The notes beneath the pieces were generated by a model that had not been told where the DNA came from, did not search any database, and was given only the letters and a program-made list of their open reading frames with translations. The position numbers were made by a program, and so were the translations under genes. This document shows positions 1 through 8,535 of a stretch of 54,754 nt of DNA, in pieces (the first letter of the stretch is position 1; each line of letters opens with the position of its first letter). Location: the NCBI GenBank assembly GCA_964638795.1, contig CAZXAX010000001.1, positions 1 to 54,754 of the forward strand, written 5' to 3'. This DNA is from an uncultured Bifidobacterium sp. (GTDB taxonomy: Bacteria; Actinomycetota; Acidimicrobiia; Acidimicrobiales; Ilumatobacteraceae).

Positions 1-2
1 TC

Positions 3-449
3 GTGGCATTGGACCAGTGGTCCAAACATTGGGCGGTTGGCTCGTTGTCAGACGGACACATCGTTGACGTGATCTCCACGCTTCGATTCAAACTCTCGTT
101 TAACTCGGGAATGGCGTTCTCAACCGGCAGCGGATCAGGCCCGATTATCGGCGTTTTGGCCATAGGAGTAACAATCGGGATGATCGTCTGGCAGTTGCGC
201 ATGGTGCGTGCCGGCATGACATCAAAATTCATGTTGGTAGTAACCGGGATGATCGTCGGCGGAGCATGGGGCAATGTTGTGGATCGGCTCTTCCGTGGTG
301 ATGCGTGGTTGCGAGGAAGCGTCGTTGATTTCATTGACCTTCAATGGTGGCCAGTTTTCAATATCGCTGATTCAGCCGTGACTGTTGGCGTGATCCTCAT
401 GTTCATTGCCTCGGTCTTTGCAAGAAAGCCGGAAGCCTCCGATGTCTGA
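3..449 (+). CDS. lspA: lipoprotein signal peptidase (SPase II), 5'-truncated at window edge
   Basis: ORF is open to the window start. The C-terminal half is multi-TM and carries both SPase II signature boxes, 'WGNVVDRL' (GNxxDR) and 'VFNIADSAV' (FNxAD). Confidence 0.85.
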   Translation: MALDQWSKHWAVGSLSDGHIVDVISTLRFKLSFNSGMAFSTGSGSGPIIGVLAIGVTIGMIVWQLRMVRAGMTSKFMLVVTGMIVGGAWGNVVDRLFRGDAWLRGSVVDFIDLQWWPVFNIADSAVTVGVILMFIASVFARKPEASDV

Positions 450-1404
450 TATTTCAAATCAAGTGGTTGAAGACCTGATCCCGGCCTCGCTGGACAACGA
501 ACGAGTAGATCGCATCGTTTCGTTAATGGCTGATGTATCGCGCTCGGTTGCCGCCACGATGGTCTCTGCTGGTGGCGTTTCAGTTGATGGGGCAGTGGAG
601 ACCTCCGGAAAGATTCGTCTTAGCGAAGGACAAACCGTTCGCGTAGATCTTTCGTATCTTCCTGGCGAAGTACTTCCACAGCCCGATGCTTCAATTGAGG
701 TAACAGTTGTCTACTCCGATGATGATGTAATCGTCATCAACAAGCCCGCAGGTTTGGTGGTTCATCCAGGTGCCGGAAATCCAGATCGCACCCTTGTCAA
801 TGGTCTTCTTGCGCGATTCCCTGAGATTGCCTCCGTTGGTGAACAAAATCGTCCTGGAATTGTGCACCGTCTTGACTCTGGTACGTCGGGATTGATGATG
901 GTGGCGCGCACAGACCACGCCTATGAACACCTGGTTGAGATGCTCTCAACTCATCAAGTTCGACGCACTTATCTCGCACTCGTGGCTGGCGTGCCCGACT
1001 CGAAATCGGGTGTTATAGATGCACCAATTGGCCGTGATCAGCGCGATCCTTTGCGAATGGCAGTGTCCGTCAGCGGACGCTTTGCTCGCACGCAGTACGA
1101 GGTGCTGCAGGAGTTTGCAGAACCGATCAGTTGTGCGCTCGTGCGTTGTGACCTGGAAACAGGTCGTACGCACCAAATACGTGTTCACCTTGGGGCAATT
1201 GGTCATCCTGTAATTGGTGATGGAACCTACAAGGGGGTTCGTGAGGGTCTCAAGTTTCCGCGCCCAGCTCTACACGCTGCGGTACTTGCTTTTGAGCATC
1301 CGACCACGGGCGACGAGATGTCCTTTACGGCTCCGTTGCCAAGTGACTTTGAAAAACTTCTGCACACGCTCGAACCAGAGTTCGCAACGATTGATCTTCA
1401 GTGA
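442..1404 (+). CDS. rluD: RluA-family 23S rRNA pseudouridine synthase (RluD-like)
   Basis: ATG 442 overlaps the lspA stop (ATGTCTGA). An S4-like N-terminus is followed by the catalytic motif 'HRLDSGTSGLMMVART' and by 'GRTHQIRVH'. The usual lspA-rluD pairing is present. Confidence 0.9.
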   Translation: MSDISNQVVEDLIPASLDNERVDRIVSLMADVSRSVAATMVSAGGVSVDGAVETSGKIRLSEGQTVRVDLSYLPGEVLPQPDASIEVTVVYSDDDVIVINKPAGLVVHPGAGNPDRTLVNGLLARFPEIASVGEQNRPGIVHRLDSGTSGLMMVARTDHAYEHLVEMLSTHQVRRTYLALVAGVPDSKSGVIDAPIGRDQRDPLRMAVSVSGRFARTQYEVLQEFAEPISCALVRCDLETGRTHQIRVHLGAIGHPVIGDGTYKGVREGLKFPRPALHAAVLAFEHPTTGDEMSFTAPLPSDFEKLLHTLEPEFATIDLQ

Positions 1405-1850
1405 AGAGTTGAAGAGTCTGGCCACGCCGCGGTGCCACGTGTGGCATTAGCGATGTCGTCAAGGGTGTATGAATCGAGATGTTTGCGCATGTGATCGCCG
1501 GCAACGTTCCAAATCGCAAGCAGAACACACTGCCCTTCGTGGTCACAGGCACCGTCGGTGTGGGGCTGACCAAAATCACCGAGGGTAATGGGGCCATCCA
1601 CGGCGGAGATCACCTCGGAGAGACGAATTTCCGACGCGGGTCTTGAGAGGACGTAACCGCCACCTACACCGCGCTTGCTCTTCACTAATCCTGCACCTTT
1701 TAGGGCTAGAAGAATCTGCTCAAGGTAGGGCTGCGGAAGACCTGTGCGCTCAGCGATGTCGCGAACACTGGTTGGGCCCGCGGACTCCTGATGCAAAGCG
1801 AGAGAAAGCAAGGCTCTGCATGCATAATCACCTCGGGTCGACACACGCAC
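1398..1850 (-). CDS. Rrf2-family transcriptional regulator
   Basis: Translation from GTG 1850 begins 'VRVSTRGDYACRALLSLA', the canonical Rrf2 N-terminal wHTH, and includes the 'GGGYVLSR' wing. The ORF-track start at 1955 adds 35 atypical residues. The stop overlaps the rluD stop convergently by 7 nt. Confidence 0.85.
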   Translation of the reverse strand: MRVSTRGDYACRALLSLALHQESAGPTSVRDIAERTGLPQPYLEQILLALKGAGLVKSKRGVGGGYVLSRPASEIRLSEVISAVDGPITLGDFGQPHTDGACDHEGQCVLLAIWNVAGDHMRKHLDSYTLDDIANATRGTAAWPDSSTLH

Positions 1851-1856
1851 AAGCCC

Positions 1857-1876
1857 AGCGTAGGTGCCACGGGCAC
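1857..1876 (-). promoter_or_regulatory. candidate leaderless rrf2 promoter (-10 TACGCT) abutted by the palindrome GTGCC-N3-GGCAC
   Basis: On the minus strand, TACGCT (1862-1857) ends 6 nt before GTG 1850. A perfect 5-3-5 inverted repeat (1864-1876) sits 1 nt upstream of it, in the 75-bp divergent spacer. Confidence 0.3.
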
Positions 1877-1925
1877 TCAGAGCGAACAATTGGCAATAAG
1901 TGAGCATCGGTGGTGGACTATCGCA

Positions 1926-3035
1926 GTGGAACTTTCCGATGCCGAGGTCAAACAAGTTGTTGACTCACCAACCCTGCCTGCCTATGGCGACGGGGGATTG
2001 AGTGGCATCGTGCCAGACCTTCTCGGCTACGGAAGTGGCTGGACCGGGGATTCGCATGCCCCAACGGTGCTCTTAGTCATTGACGGTCTTGGCTGGAATC
2101 AGCTCCAAGCACGCAAAAATCTGACTCCAACAATGAGTTCAATGGATGCACAATGTGTCACCAGCATCGCACCAACAACCACAGCTGCTGGGCTCACGTC
2201 GATTACTACAGGAGCGTCGCCTTCGGAGCACGGATTGCTTGGCTATCGGATGGAGCTTGGTGGTGGCGTGATGAATGTGTTGCGTTGGCATGATCGCCAA
2301 GGTGATCTGCGCGCTTCGCAACCACCGGCGCAAGTTCAACCCTGCCCACCTTTTATGGGTACAAAGATTCCAGTGATCTCTAGATCAGAGTTTGCCGAGA
2401 CTGGATTTACCATTGCGCATCTTCGTGGCAGCACACACATTGGCTGGCGCAAGATTTCTTCAATTGCGGTTCATGTCGGCGAACAGTTGAGGCAGGGTCA
2501 GGAATTTGTCTACGCGTATTACGACGGCGTTGACAGCGTTGCTCACGAAAAAGGTTTTGGCGATTTCTACGATGCTGAACTGCGTACTGCTGATCGATTA
2601 GTAGCCGACATCATCTCGGTGTTACCCGCCGGCGCGCGATTGTTTGTTACCGCAGATCACGGACAAGTCACGGTTGGTGAAGCGGTCGTCAGCCTTGACG
2701 ACGACGTCTTGAATCTGGTTCGTGCGCAGTCAGGTGAGGGGCGATTTCGTTGGCTCCACGCCAAGCAAGGCACCGCCGACGCACTACTGGCGGCTGCGCA
2801 GCGCTATGGCGACCGCGCCTGGGTGGTTTCACGGGAACAAGTGGTGGATGAGGGCTGGATGGGCAAAAACATGCCTTCCATTCATCAGGCGCGCCTTGGT
2901 GATGTTGCGCTGGTGGCCCGGACCAACGTGACCTTTGACGACCCCGAGGAAAATGGGCCATTCAGGCTCGTTTGCCGTCACGGTTCGTTGACCCCTGACG
3001 AGATGCTTGTACCGTTACTGAGCGCTACCGCATGA
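1926..3035 (+). CDS. alkaline-phosphatase-superfamily protein (nucleotide pyrophosphatase/phosphodiesterase-like)
   Basis: 'VLLVIDGLGWNQL' supplies the metal-binding Asp, 'APTTTAAGLTSITTGASPSEHG' the nucleophile-Thr segment, and 'TADHGQV' the distal metal site. The start is placed at in-frame GTG 1926 to clear the divergent rrf2 gene; this start is uncertain. Confidence 0.7.
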   Translation: MELSDAEVKQVVDSPTLPAYGDGGLSGIVPDLLGYGSGWTGDSHAPTVLLVIDGLGWNQLQARKNLTPTMSSMDAQCVTSIAPTTTAAGLTSITTGASPSEHGLLGYRMELGGGVMNVLRWHDRQGDLRASQPPAQVQPCPPFMGTKIPVISRSEFAETGFTIAHLRGSTHIGWRKISSIAVHVGEQLRQGQEFVYAYYDGVDSVAHEKGFGDFYDAELRTADRLVADIISVLPAGARLFVTADHGQVTVGEAVVSLDDDVLNLVRAQSGEGRFRWLHAKQGTADALLAAAQRYGDRAWVVSREQVVDEGWMGKNMPSIHQARLGDVALVARTNVTFDDPEENGPFRLVCRHGSLTPDEMLVPLLSATA

Positions 3036-3057
3036 AGAAAACTTTCAAGGAGACGCA

Positions 3058-3558
3058 TTGAGTAACCAGGATCCAATCCAGCCATCCAACGCGACCGAGA
3101 ACATTCGTAAAGGTGAACTCATTGCCCCAGAAGCTGGGGCTGGAGATGAAGAACAAGTGACCGAGCCCGCCAAGGTGATGCGGATTGGTTCGATGATTCG
3201 CCAGTTACTCGAAGAAGTCCGTAACACCACGCTTGACGATGCATCGCGTGAACGACTCGCAGAAATTTATGAACGCTCAATTGTTGAACTTGCCGATGCC
3301 ATATCGCCGGACCTGCAAGAAGAACTCCAGATGTTGACACTGCCTTTCAAAGAAGGCGAAATTCCATCCGACTCTGAGTTGAGAATCGCAAAAGCGCAGT
3401 TAGTGGGTTGGTTGGAAGGGCTCTTTCACGGCATTCAAGCCACGCTTTTTGCGCAGCAACTCGCAGCCCAACAACAACTCCAGCAGATGCGCCAAATCCC
3501 CCAGGGAATGGGTGGGCCAGACCCCCGTATGGGCGAGCGTCCAGGCACCTACATCTGA
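3058..3558 (+). CDS. bpa: bacterial proteasome activator (Bpa/PafE, DUF2587)
   Basis: TTG start is preceded by AAGGAG (3047-3052). 'EPAKVMRIGSMIRQLLEEVR' and 'LRIAKAQLVGWLEGLFHGIQATLFAQQ' are near-collinear with my recollection of M. tuberculosis Rv3780. The C-terminal tail 'GTYI' has the penultimate Tyr. Confidence 0.85.
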   Translation: MSNQDPIQPSNATENIRKGELIAPEAGAGDEEQVTEPAKVMRIGSMIRQLLEEVRNTTLDDASRERLAEIYERSIVELADAISPDLQEELQMLTLPFKEGEIPSDSELRIAKAQLVGWLEGLFHGIQATLFAQQLAAQQQLQQMRQIPQGMGGPDPRMGERPGTYI

Positions 3559-3600
3559 GTACTCGGGGTCTGAAAAATCATTCCGAGAAACGCACGTGAG

Positions 3601-3622
3601 TGTCACATGGTGCTGGTATTTT
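3601..3622 (+). promoter_or_regulatory. candidate dnaE promoter resembling the mycobacterial RecA-NDp/PafBC motif (TGTCR-N11-TAnnnT)
   Basis: TGTCA (3601-3605), then cat, then 8 nt, then TATTTT (3617-3622). GAAAGG (3642-3647) and the GTG start at 3655 follow. This is a match by eye only. Confidence 0.3.
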
Positions 3623-3654
3623 CGGATTCCTAGTTTCGACTGAAAGGCATTCTC

Positions 3655-6600
3655 GTGGGCGACTCGTTCACCCACCTTCACGTTCACACGGAATACTCGA
3701 TGCTCGACGGCGCTTCGCGCCTGAGCGAAGTGATTGCCGAGGCCGTGAAGGACGGTCAACCCGCTATCGGCATTACTGACCACGGGAACATGTATGGCGT
3801 GCTCGATTTCTATCGGGAATGTCTGTCCCAAGGGATCAAGCCGATCATCGGCACCGAGGGCTACATGGCCCACGAGCACCGTAGCGAGCGTCCAACCCGG
3901 CGCGGAAAACTCGATGATGCCGGCGGTGATACCGAAGGTGGTGGAAAGTTGTACTACCACCTCACACTTCTGGCCGAGAACAACGCCGGCTACCGCAACC
4001 TGATTCAGCTTTCGAGTCGGGCATTTCTGGAGGGGTACTACTACCAGCCGCGAATGGACTGGGAACTGCTCCAACAGCACTCAGAGGGCCTCATTGCCAC
4101 CACGGGATGCCTCGGTGGGCACGTCCTGCAGGCTCTCCTTAAGGGCGATGAAAAGGGCGCTCTTGATAAAGCGGGAAGGCTGCAGGAAATTTTTGGCAAG
4201 GACAACTTGTTTGTCGAGATCCAAGATCACGGAATTCCAGATCAACAACGCACCAATCCGCAACTCATTGAACTCGCGCGCAAAATTGGCGCACCGCTGT
4301 TAGCCACGAATGACTCGCACTACACACACAAGCACGATGCTGATGCACATGATGCTCTGCTGTGTGTGCAGACCGGAGCATTGCGGTCAGATCCAAACCG
4401 TTTCAAGTTCACCGGCACTGAGCACTATCTCAAGGCTGCTCACGAAATGCGCCACTTGTTCCGCGAGATTCCAGAAGCGTGCGATAGTTCCCTGTGGATT
4501 GCTGAGCGTTCAAATGTGGAGATTGTTTTCGGTGAGCCCAAGTTGCCCAAATTCCCGCTGCCGGCTGAGTTTGCTACTGACATCGAATACCTCACTCATC
4601 TGACCGACCTCGGCGCGAAGATGCGTTGGGGTGAGAAGATTCCAAAAGCGGTGAAGGAACGCCTCGCGTATGAGCTCAAGGTCATCTCTGACATGGGCTT
4701 TGCTTCGTACTTCCTCATTGTGTGGGATCTAATCAAATACGCCAAAGACTCTGGGATTCGTGTTGGTCCAGGTCGTGGTTCGGCTGCCGGATGTGCAGTG
4801 GCGTACTGCTTACGCATAACTGAACTCGACCCTGTCAAGTACGACCTTCTGTTTGAGCGCTTCTTGAACCCGAGCCGCAAATCAATGCCTGACATCGACA
4901 TGGACTTTGACTCGCGTTATCGCGATGAGATGATTCGCTACGCGGCCGAGCGTTACGGCCGCGATCATGTGGCGCAGATAATCACCTTTGGCACAATCAA
5001 AGCCCGCAACGCCGTTCGCGATGCGGCACGAGTTCTCGGTTTTCCGTATGGTCTTGGCGACAAGATCGCAAAAGCAATGCCACCACTAGTGATGGGTCGG
5101 GACACGCCACTCAAATATTGCTTTGAAGAGGATGAGAAACATCGCTCCGGTTACCAGGCTGCGAAAGATTTGCGTGATCTGTACAACAGTGAGCCTGATG
5201 TGAAGGTAATTGTCGATACCGCACGCGGCATTGAGGGCTTGAAGCGTTCTGTGGGAATACACGCAGCTGCTGTGGTGATCACTGACCTGCCCGTTACTGA
5301 TTACATGCCAATTCAACGCAAGGCGGAAACGGGTCAAAATCCTGAAGACGCCCCCATAGTCACTCAATTTGAAATGCACGGTGTTGAGAGCCTTGGTCTG
5401 TTGAAGATGGATTTTCTCGGTCTTCGCAACCTTGACGTGATCACGGATGCGGTTGAACTCATACGCGCAGAGCGCGATCCGAACTTCGATATTGACTCAG
5501 TACCTCTTGATGATCAACGAACCTTTGATTTGCTTTCACGGGGCGACACAATCGGAGTTTTCCAGTTGGAGTCGCCTCCAATGCGTGCGCTGTTGCGGTC
5601 GCTCGAGCCAAACTCGTTTGAGGACGTGTCGGCTGTAATTGCGCTGTATCGGCCGGGTCCAATGAGCGAGAACATGCACTACGGCTATGCAAACCGCAAG
5701 AACAATCGTGCACCAGTCGAGTTCTTCCATCCCGACGCTGCCGAAGTGCTTGGGGACACTTACGGGCTCATGATCTACCAAGAGTCAATGATGCGCGTGG
5801 CGCAGAAGTTCGCTGGCTATTCACTGGCCGAAGCAGACAACCTTCGTAAGGCATGTGGCAAGAAAGATCGCGCCGCGATGAAGAAAGAGCGTGCTGCTTT
5901 TGAGGCTGGGTGTGAGCGCGTTGGCTATGGCGGCAAGTTGGGCAAAGAATTATTTGACACCATTGAAAAATTCGCCGACTACGCGTTCAACAAGTCGCAC
6001 AGCTTCGGCTACGGCCTTATCACGTACCAGACCGCTTATCTAAAGGCGAACTACCCAGTGGAGTACCTCGCGTGTCTCTTGACTTCTGTTAAGAGTTCCC
6101 TCGACAAGGCGGGTCTCTATCTGGCGGACTGTCGTGCAAACGGCGTCAAAGTTCTCACACCAGATGTGAATAAGTCGCAGCTGAACTTTGCCACCACAGC
6201 AGGAGATGACGGTTCGCGCCAGATCACATTCGGGCTTAGCGCGATTCGCAATGTTGGAGAGGTATTGGTCAAGCAGCTCATCGAGGAACGCAACGCAAAC
6301 GGACCCTTCGCATCGTTTTATGACTTTGCTTTTCGCGTGCCAGAACAAGTACTGAATCGGCGCGCTCTTGAATCACTGATTAAGGCCGGAGCATTTGATT
6401 CGCTTGGTCACCCGAGGCGTGGATTGTTAATGGTGTTTGAATCAATTGTTGATGCGGCGATAACAAAACGCCGTGAACGCGATCAGGGCATCATGAGCCT
6501 GTTTGACGCAATCGATTCCGATGCGCCCGGTCCTGATGTGGAAATTGCGATCCCCGAAATGGAATTCGACAAGTCTGAACGCTTGCGAGTGGAAAAAGAG

Positions 6601-7194
6601 ATGCTCGGTCTCTACATATCGGATCATCCGTTGAGCGGGATTGAATCCGCATTGCGTCGACGCGTTGAGATGTCAATTGCAGATGCCGTTGAGCGTAACG
6701 ATGGTGACATCATCACGGTTGGTGGAATTGTGACCGGATTCGCCCGCAAGTTCACAAAGCGTGGAGATCAGATGGGTGTTTTCGTCCTTGAAGATCTCCA
6801 GTCCGCTGCCGAGGTCACGTTGTTTCCTCGCACACTCGCCGAACACGGTCACAAACTCGCGGATGATGCAATTGTTCTCGTGCGTGCGCGTCTGGATAAA
6901 CGAGATGAAGGTCGTGTTGGTCTGCTGGCCCAGGAGATCACTGTGCTGACCAATCTCTCCTCAGGAGCTCCGACACTGAACCTCACGCTTCCTGCAATGT
7001 CTGTCGACCCATCGCTCGCGGGACGCTTGCGGGCCATTCTCGGAGAACATCCAGGGGATTCGCAGGTCGTCGTTGATATCGGTAATGGCAATATCTTTCG
7101 ACTCCCGGACCAATACTGCGTCAATGTGGAAACGGTGGTTGGGGCTTTGCGTGTGGCCTTTGGGCACGAAATCATCACTGCAAACGCCGAATAA
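3655..7194 (+). CDS. dnaE: DNA polymerase III alpha subunit (DnaE1 type)
   Basis: 1179 aa. PHP domain ('HLHVHTEYSMLDG', 'GITDHGNMYG'), palm motif ('PDIDMDFDS') and an OB-fold C-terminus. GTG start has GAAAGG 7 nt upstream. Confidence 0.97.
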   Translation: MGDSFTHLHVHTEYSMLDGASRLSEVIAEAVKDGQPAIGITDHGNMYGVLDFYRECLSQGIKPIIGTEGYMAHEHRSERPTRRGKLDDAGGDTEGGGKLYYHLTLLAENNAGYRNLIQLSSRAFLEGYYYQPRMDWELLQQHSEGLIATTGCLGGHVLQALLKGDEKGALDKAGRLQEIFGKDNLFVEIQDHGIPDQQRTNPQLIELARKIGAPLLATNDSHYTHKHDADAHDALLCVQTGALRSDPNRFKFTGTEHYLKAAHEMRHLFREIPEACDSSLWIAERSNVEIVFGEPKLPKFPLPAEFATDIEYLTHLTDLGAKMRWGEKIPKAVKERLAYELKVISDMGFASYFLIVWDLIKYAKDSGIRVGPGRGSAAGCAVAYCLRITELDPVKYDLLFERFLNPSRKSMPDIDMDFDSRYRDEMIRYAAERYGRDHVAQIITFGTIKARNAVRDAARVLGFPYGLGDKIAKAMPPLVMGRDTPLKYCFEEDEKHRSGYQAAKDLRDLYNSEPDVKVIVDTARGIEGLKRSVGIHAAAVVITDLPVTDYMPIQRKAETGQNPEDAPIVTQFEMHGVESLGLLKMDFLGLRNLDVITDAVELIRAERDPNFDIDSVPLDDQRTFDLLSRGDTIGVFQLESPPMRALLRSLEPNSFEDVSAVIALYRPGPMSENMHYGYANRKNNRAPVEFFHPDAAEVLGDTYGLMIYQESMMRVAQKFAGYSLAEADNLRKACGKKDRAAMKKERAAFEAGCERVGYGGKLGKELFDTIEKFADYAFNKSHSFGYGLITYQTAYLKANYPVEYLACLLTSVKSSLDKAGLYLADCRANGVKVLTPDVNKSQLNFATTAGDDGSRQITFGLSAIRNVGEVLVKQLIEERNANGPFASFYDFAFRVPEQVLNRRALESLIKAGAFDSLGHPRRGLLMVFESIVDAAITKRRERDQGIMSLFDAIDSDAPGPDVEIAIPEMEFDKSERLRVEKEMLGLYISDHPLSGIESALRRRVEMSIADAVERNDGDIITVGGIVTGFARKFTKRGDQMGVFVLEDLQSAAEVTLFPRTLAEHGHKLADDAIVLVRARLDKRDEGRVGLLAQEITVLTNLSSGAPTLNLTLPAMSVDPSLAGRLRAILGEHPGDSQVVVDIGNGNIFRLPDQYCVNVETVVGALRVAFGHEIITANAE

Positions 7195-7248
7195 TTAAGC
7201 CTTTCCCGTTTAGGGGATTCAGGGCAAAAGTGGCAAAATAGATAGTCC

Positions 7249-7908
7249 ATGGCTCTTGACGTTGTCACCAATGACTGTTCGGCACTGACCGACAGCGACC
7301 TGGACGAAATGGCGTCCATGGGCGGCGCATTCGATATTGGCCTGTTGTCTAAAGCCAAAGAGGACTGGGTGCTGAGCACCACGGCGCGCGACAACGGCAA
7401 GCTGCACGGTTACACGTTCTCAACATTGGAGAGACTCGGTGGGACTCCGTGTGTCCTCATCGGAATGATGAGCATCAAGCGCACGTCAAAACGTGACTCT
7501 GTTCTCAAAGGCTTGATGAGTGAGGCCTATCACCGTGCATTGATGGCGTTCCCAGATGAAGACGTTGTTGTTGCAACGCGAATGATCCGCGCAGATGCAA
7601 TGGAAGCCTTCACAAAACTGACTTCGATTATTCCGCGCAATGCGCATAAAGCAGTCGGTGAAGAGCGTGCATGGGGGCGTCGACTCGCAAAGAAGTTCGG
7701 TGTCGAATCAAATTACGACCAAGACTCGTTCGTAGTAAAGGCCAATGGTCAGAGTGGCTTTCTTGATTTTGAGACCCTCAAGCCTGAGAAGATCAAACCT
7801 GAAGTGGCCTCACAGTTCACTGGTGTGAACGCAAACAAAGGTGGGGCGCTCATCGTTCATGGCTGGACGATGGCCGAGAGTCTGATCAAGCTCGGCCGCC
7901 CTTCCTGA
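7249..7908 (+). CDS. hypothetical protein (219 aa, soluble, no motif I can name)
   Basis: Clean 219-codon ORF with protein-like mixed composition. Only shadow ORFs lie opposite it. There is no TM segment and no recognisable catalytic signature. Confidence 0.6.
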   Translation: MALDVVTNDCSALTDSDLDEMASMGGAFDIGLLSKAKEDWVLSTTARDNGKLHGYTFSTLERLGGTPCVLIGMMSIKRTSKRDSVLKGLMSEAYHRALMAFPDEDVVVATRMIRADAMEAFTKLTSIIPRNAHKAVGEERAWGRRLAKKFGVESNYDQDSFVVKANGQSGFLDFETLKPEKIKPEVASQFTGVNANKGGALIVHGWTMAESLIKLGRPS

Positions 7909-7921
7909 TCCGAGAGAGTTG

Positions 7922-8524
7922 ATGGACTTCGTTGAAGTCGTGCGCTCAAGGCGGATGACTCGCAACTTTTCCTCCGAGCCAGTTCATTCAGCAACAGTCG
8001 AGATTGCTATTGATCTTGCAACTCGGGCACCAAGTGCAGGTAAGACCCAAGGTTGGCATGTAGTCGCACTTGAAGATGAGTCGCTTGTTCGTTTCTGGTC
8101 GATTGTCTTTCCCGAAGACAAGCGTGCGAGTTTCAAATGGCCCGGACTGTTTGATGCACCATTAGTAACCCTTTGGTTGGCAGATCCGCAGTCATATGTT
8201 GAGAGGTACTCAGAGCCCGACAAGGCGCATACTGGGCTCGGTGCTGGGGTTGATGCGTGGCCAACCCCTTATTGGACTATTGATGGGTCAATGGCGCTTG
8301 GAACTTTTCTGCTCGCACTTGAGAACTCTGGATTGGGCGCGCTGTTGTTCGCTGTTTTCAACAACCGCGAAGTTCTTGTGACCGAGCTTGGCGTTCCTTC
8401 ACATCTTGAACTGTTGGGCGCGGTCGCCGTTGGGTATCCCAATCAGGGGCCGAGACAGCCTGGCGTGAGTGCGAGTCGTAAGCGCCGATCACCAGCGCAG
8501 ATAATTCACCGCAATCGCTGGTAG
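7922..8524 (+). CDS. nitroreductase-family oxidoreductase
   Basis: 'VVRSRRMTRNFSSEPV' is the N-terminal FMN-site signature of the nitroreductase fold. About 200 aa. The start is ATG 7922 or TTG 7919. Confidence 0.8.
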   Translation: MDFVEVVRSRRMTRNFSSEPVHSATVEIAIDLATRAPSAGKTQGWHVVALEDESLVRFWSIVFPEDKRASFKWPGLFDAPLVTLWLADPQSYVERYSEPDKAHTGLGAGVDAWPTPYWTIDGSMALGTFLLALENSGLGALLFAVFNNREVLVTELGVPSHLELLGAVAVGYPNQGPRQPGVSASRKRRSPAQIIHRNRW

Positions 8525-8535
8525 CGACTTAGTGG

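Noticed and set aside
1926-3035. I considered whether the alkaline-phosphatase-fold protein is a PglZ component of a BREX or other defence system.
   Set aside because: There are no partner genes nearby (no methyltransferase, no PglX/BrxC-like ATPase, no Lon-like protease). It is flanked by rluD/rrf2 and bpa/dnaE. Its N-terminus ('PAYGDGGLSGIVPDLLG') looks like that of the stand-alone AP-family proteins conserved in Actinobacteria.
3562-3587. CTCGG...CCGAG hairpin after bpa, considered as a terminator.
   Set aside because: It has a 5-bp stem, a 16-nt loop and no T-tract. That is too weak to call.
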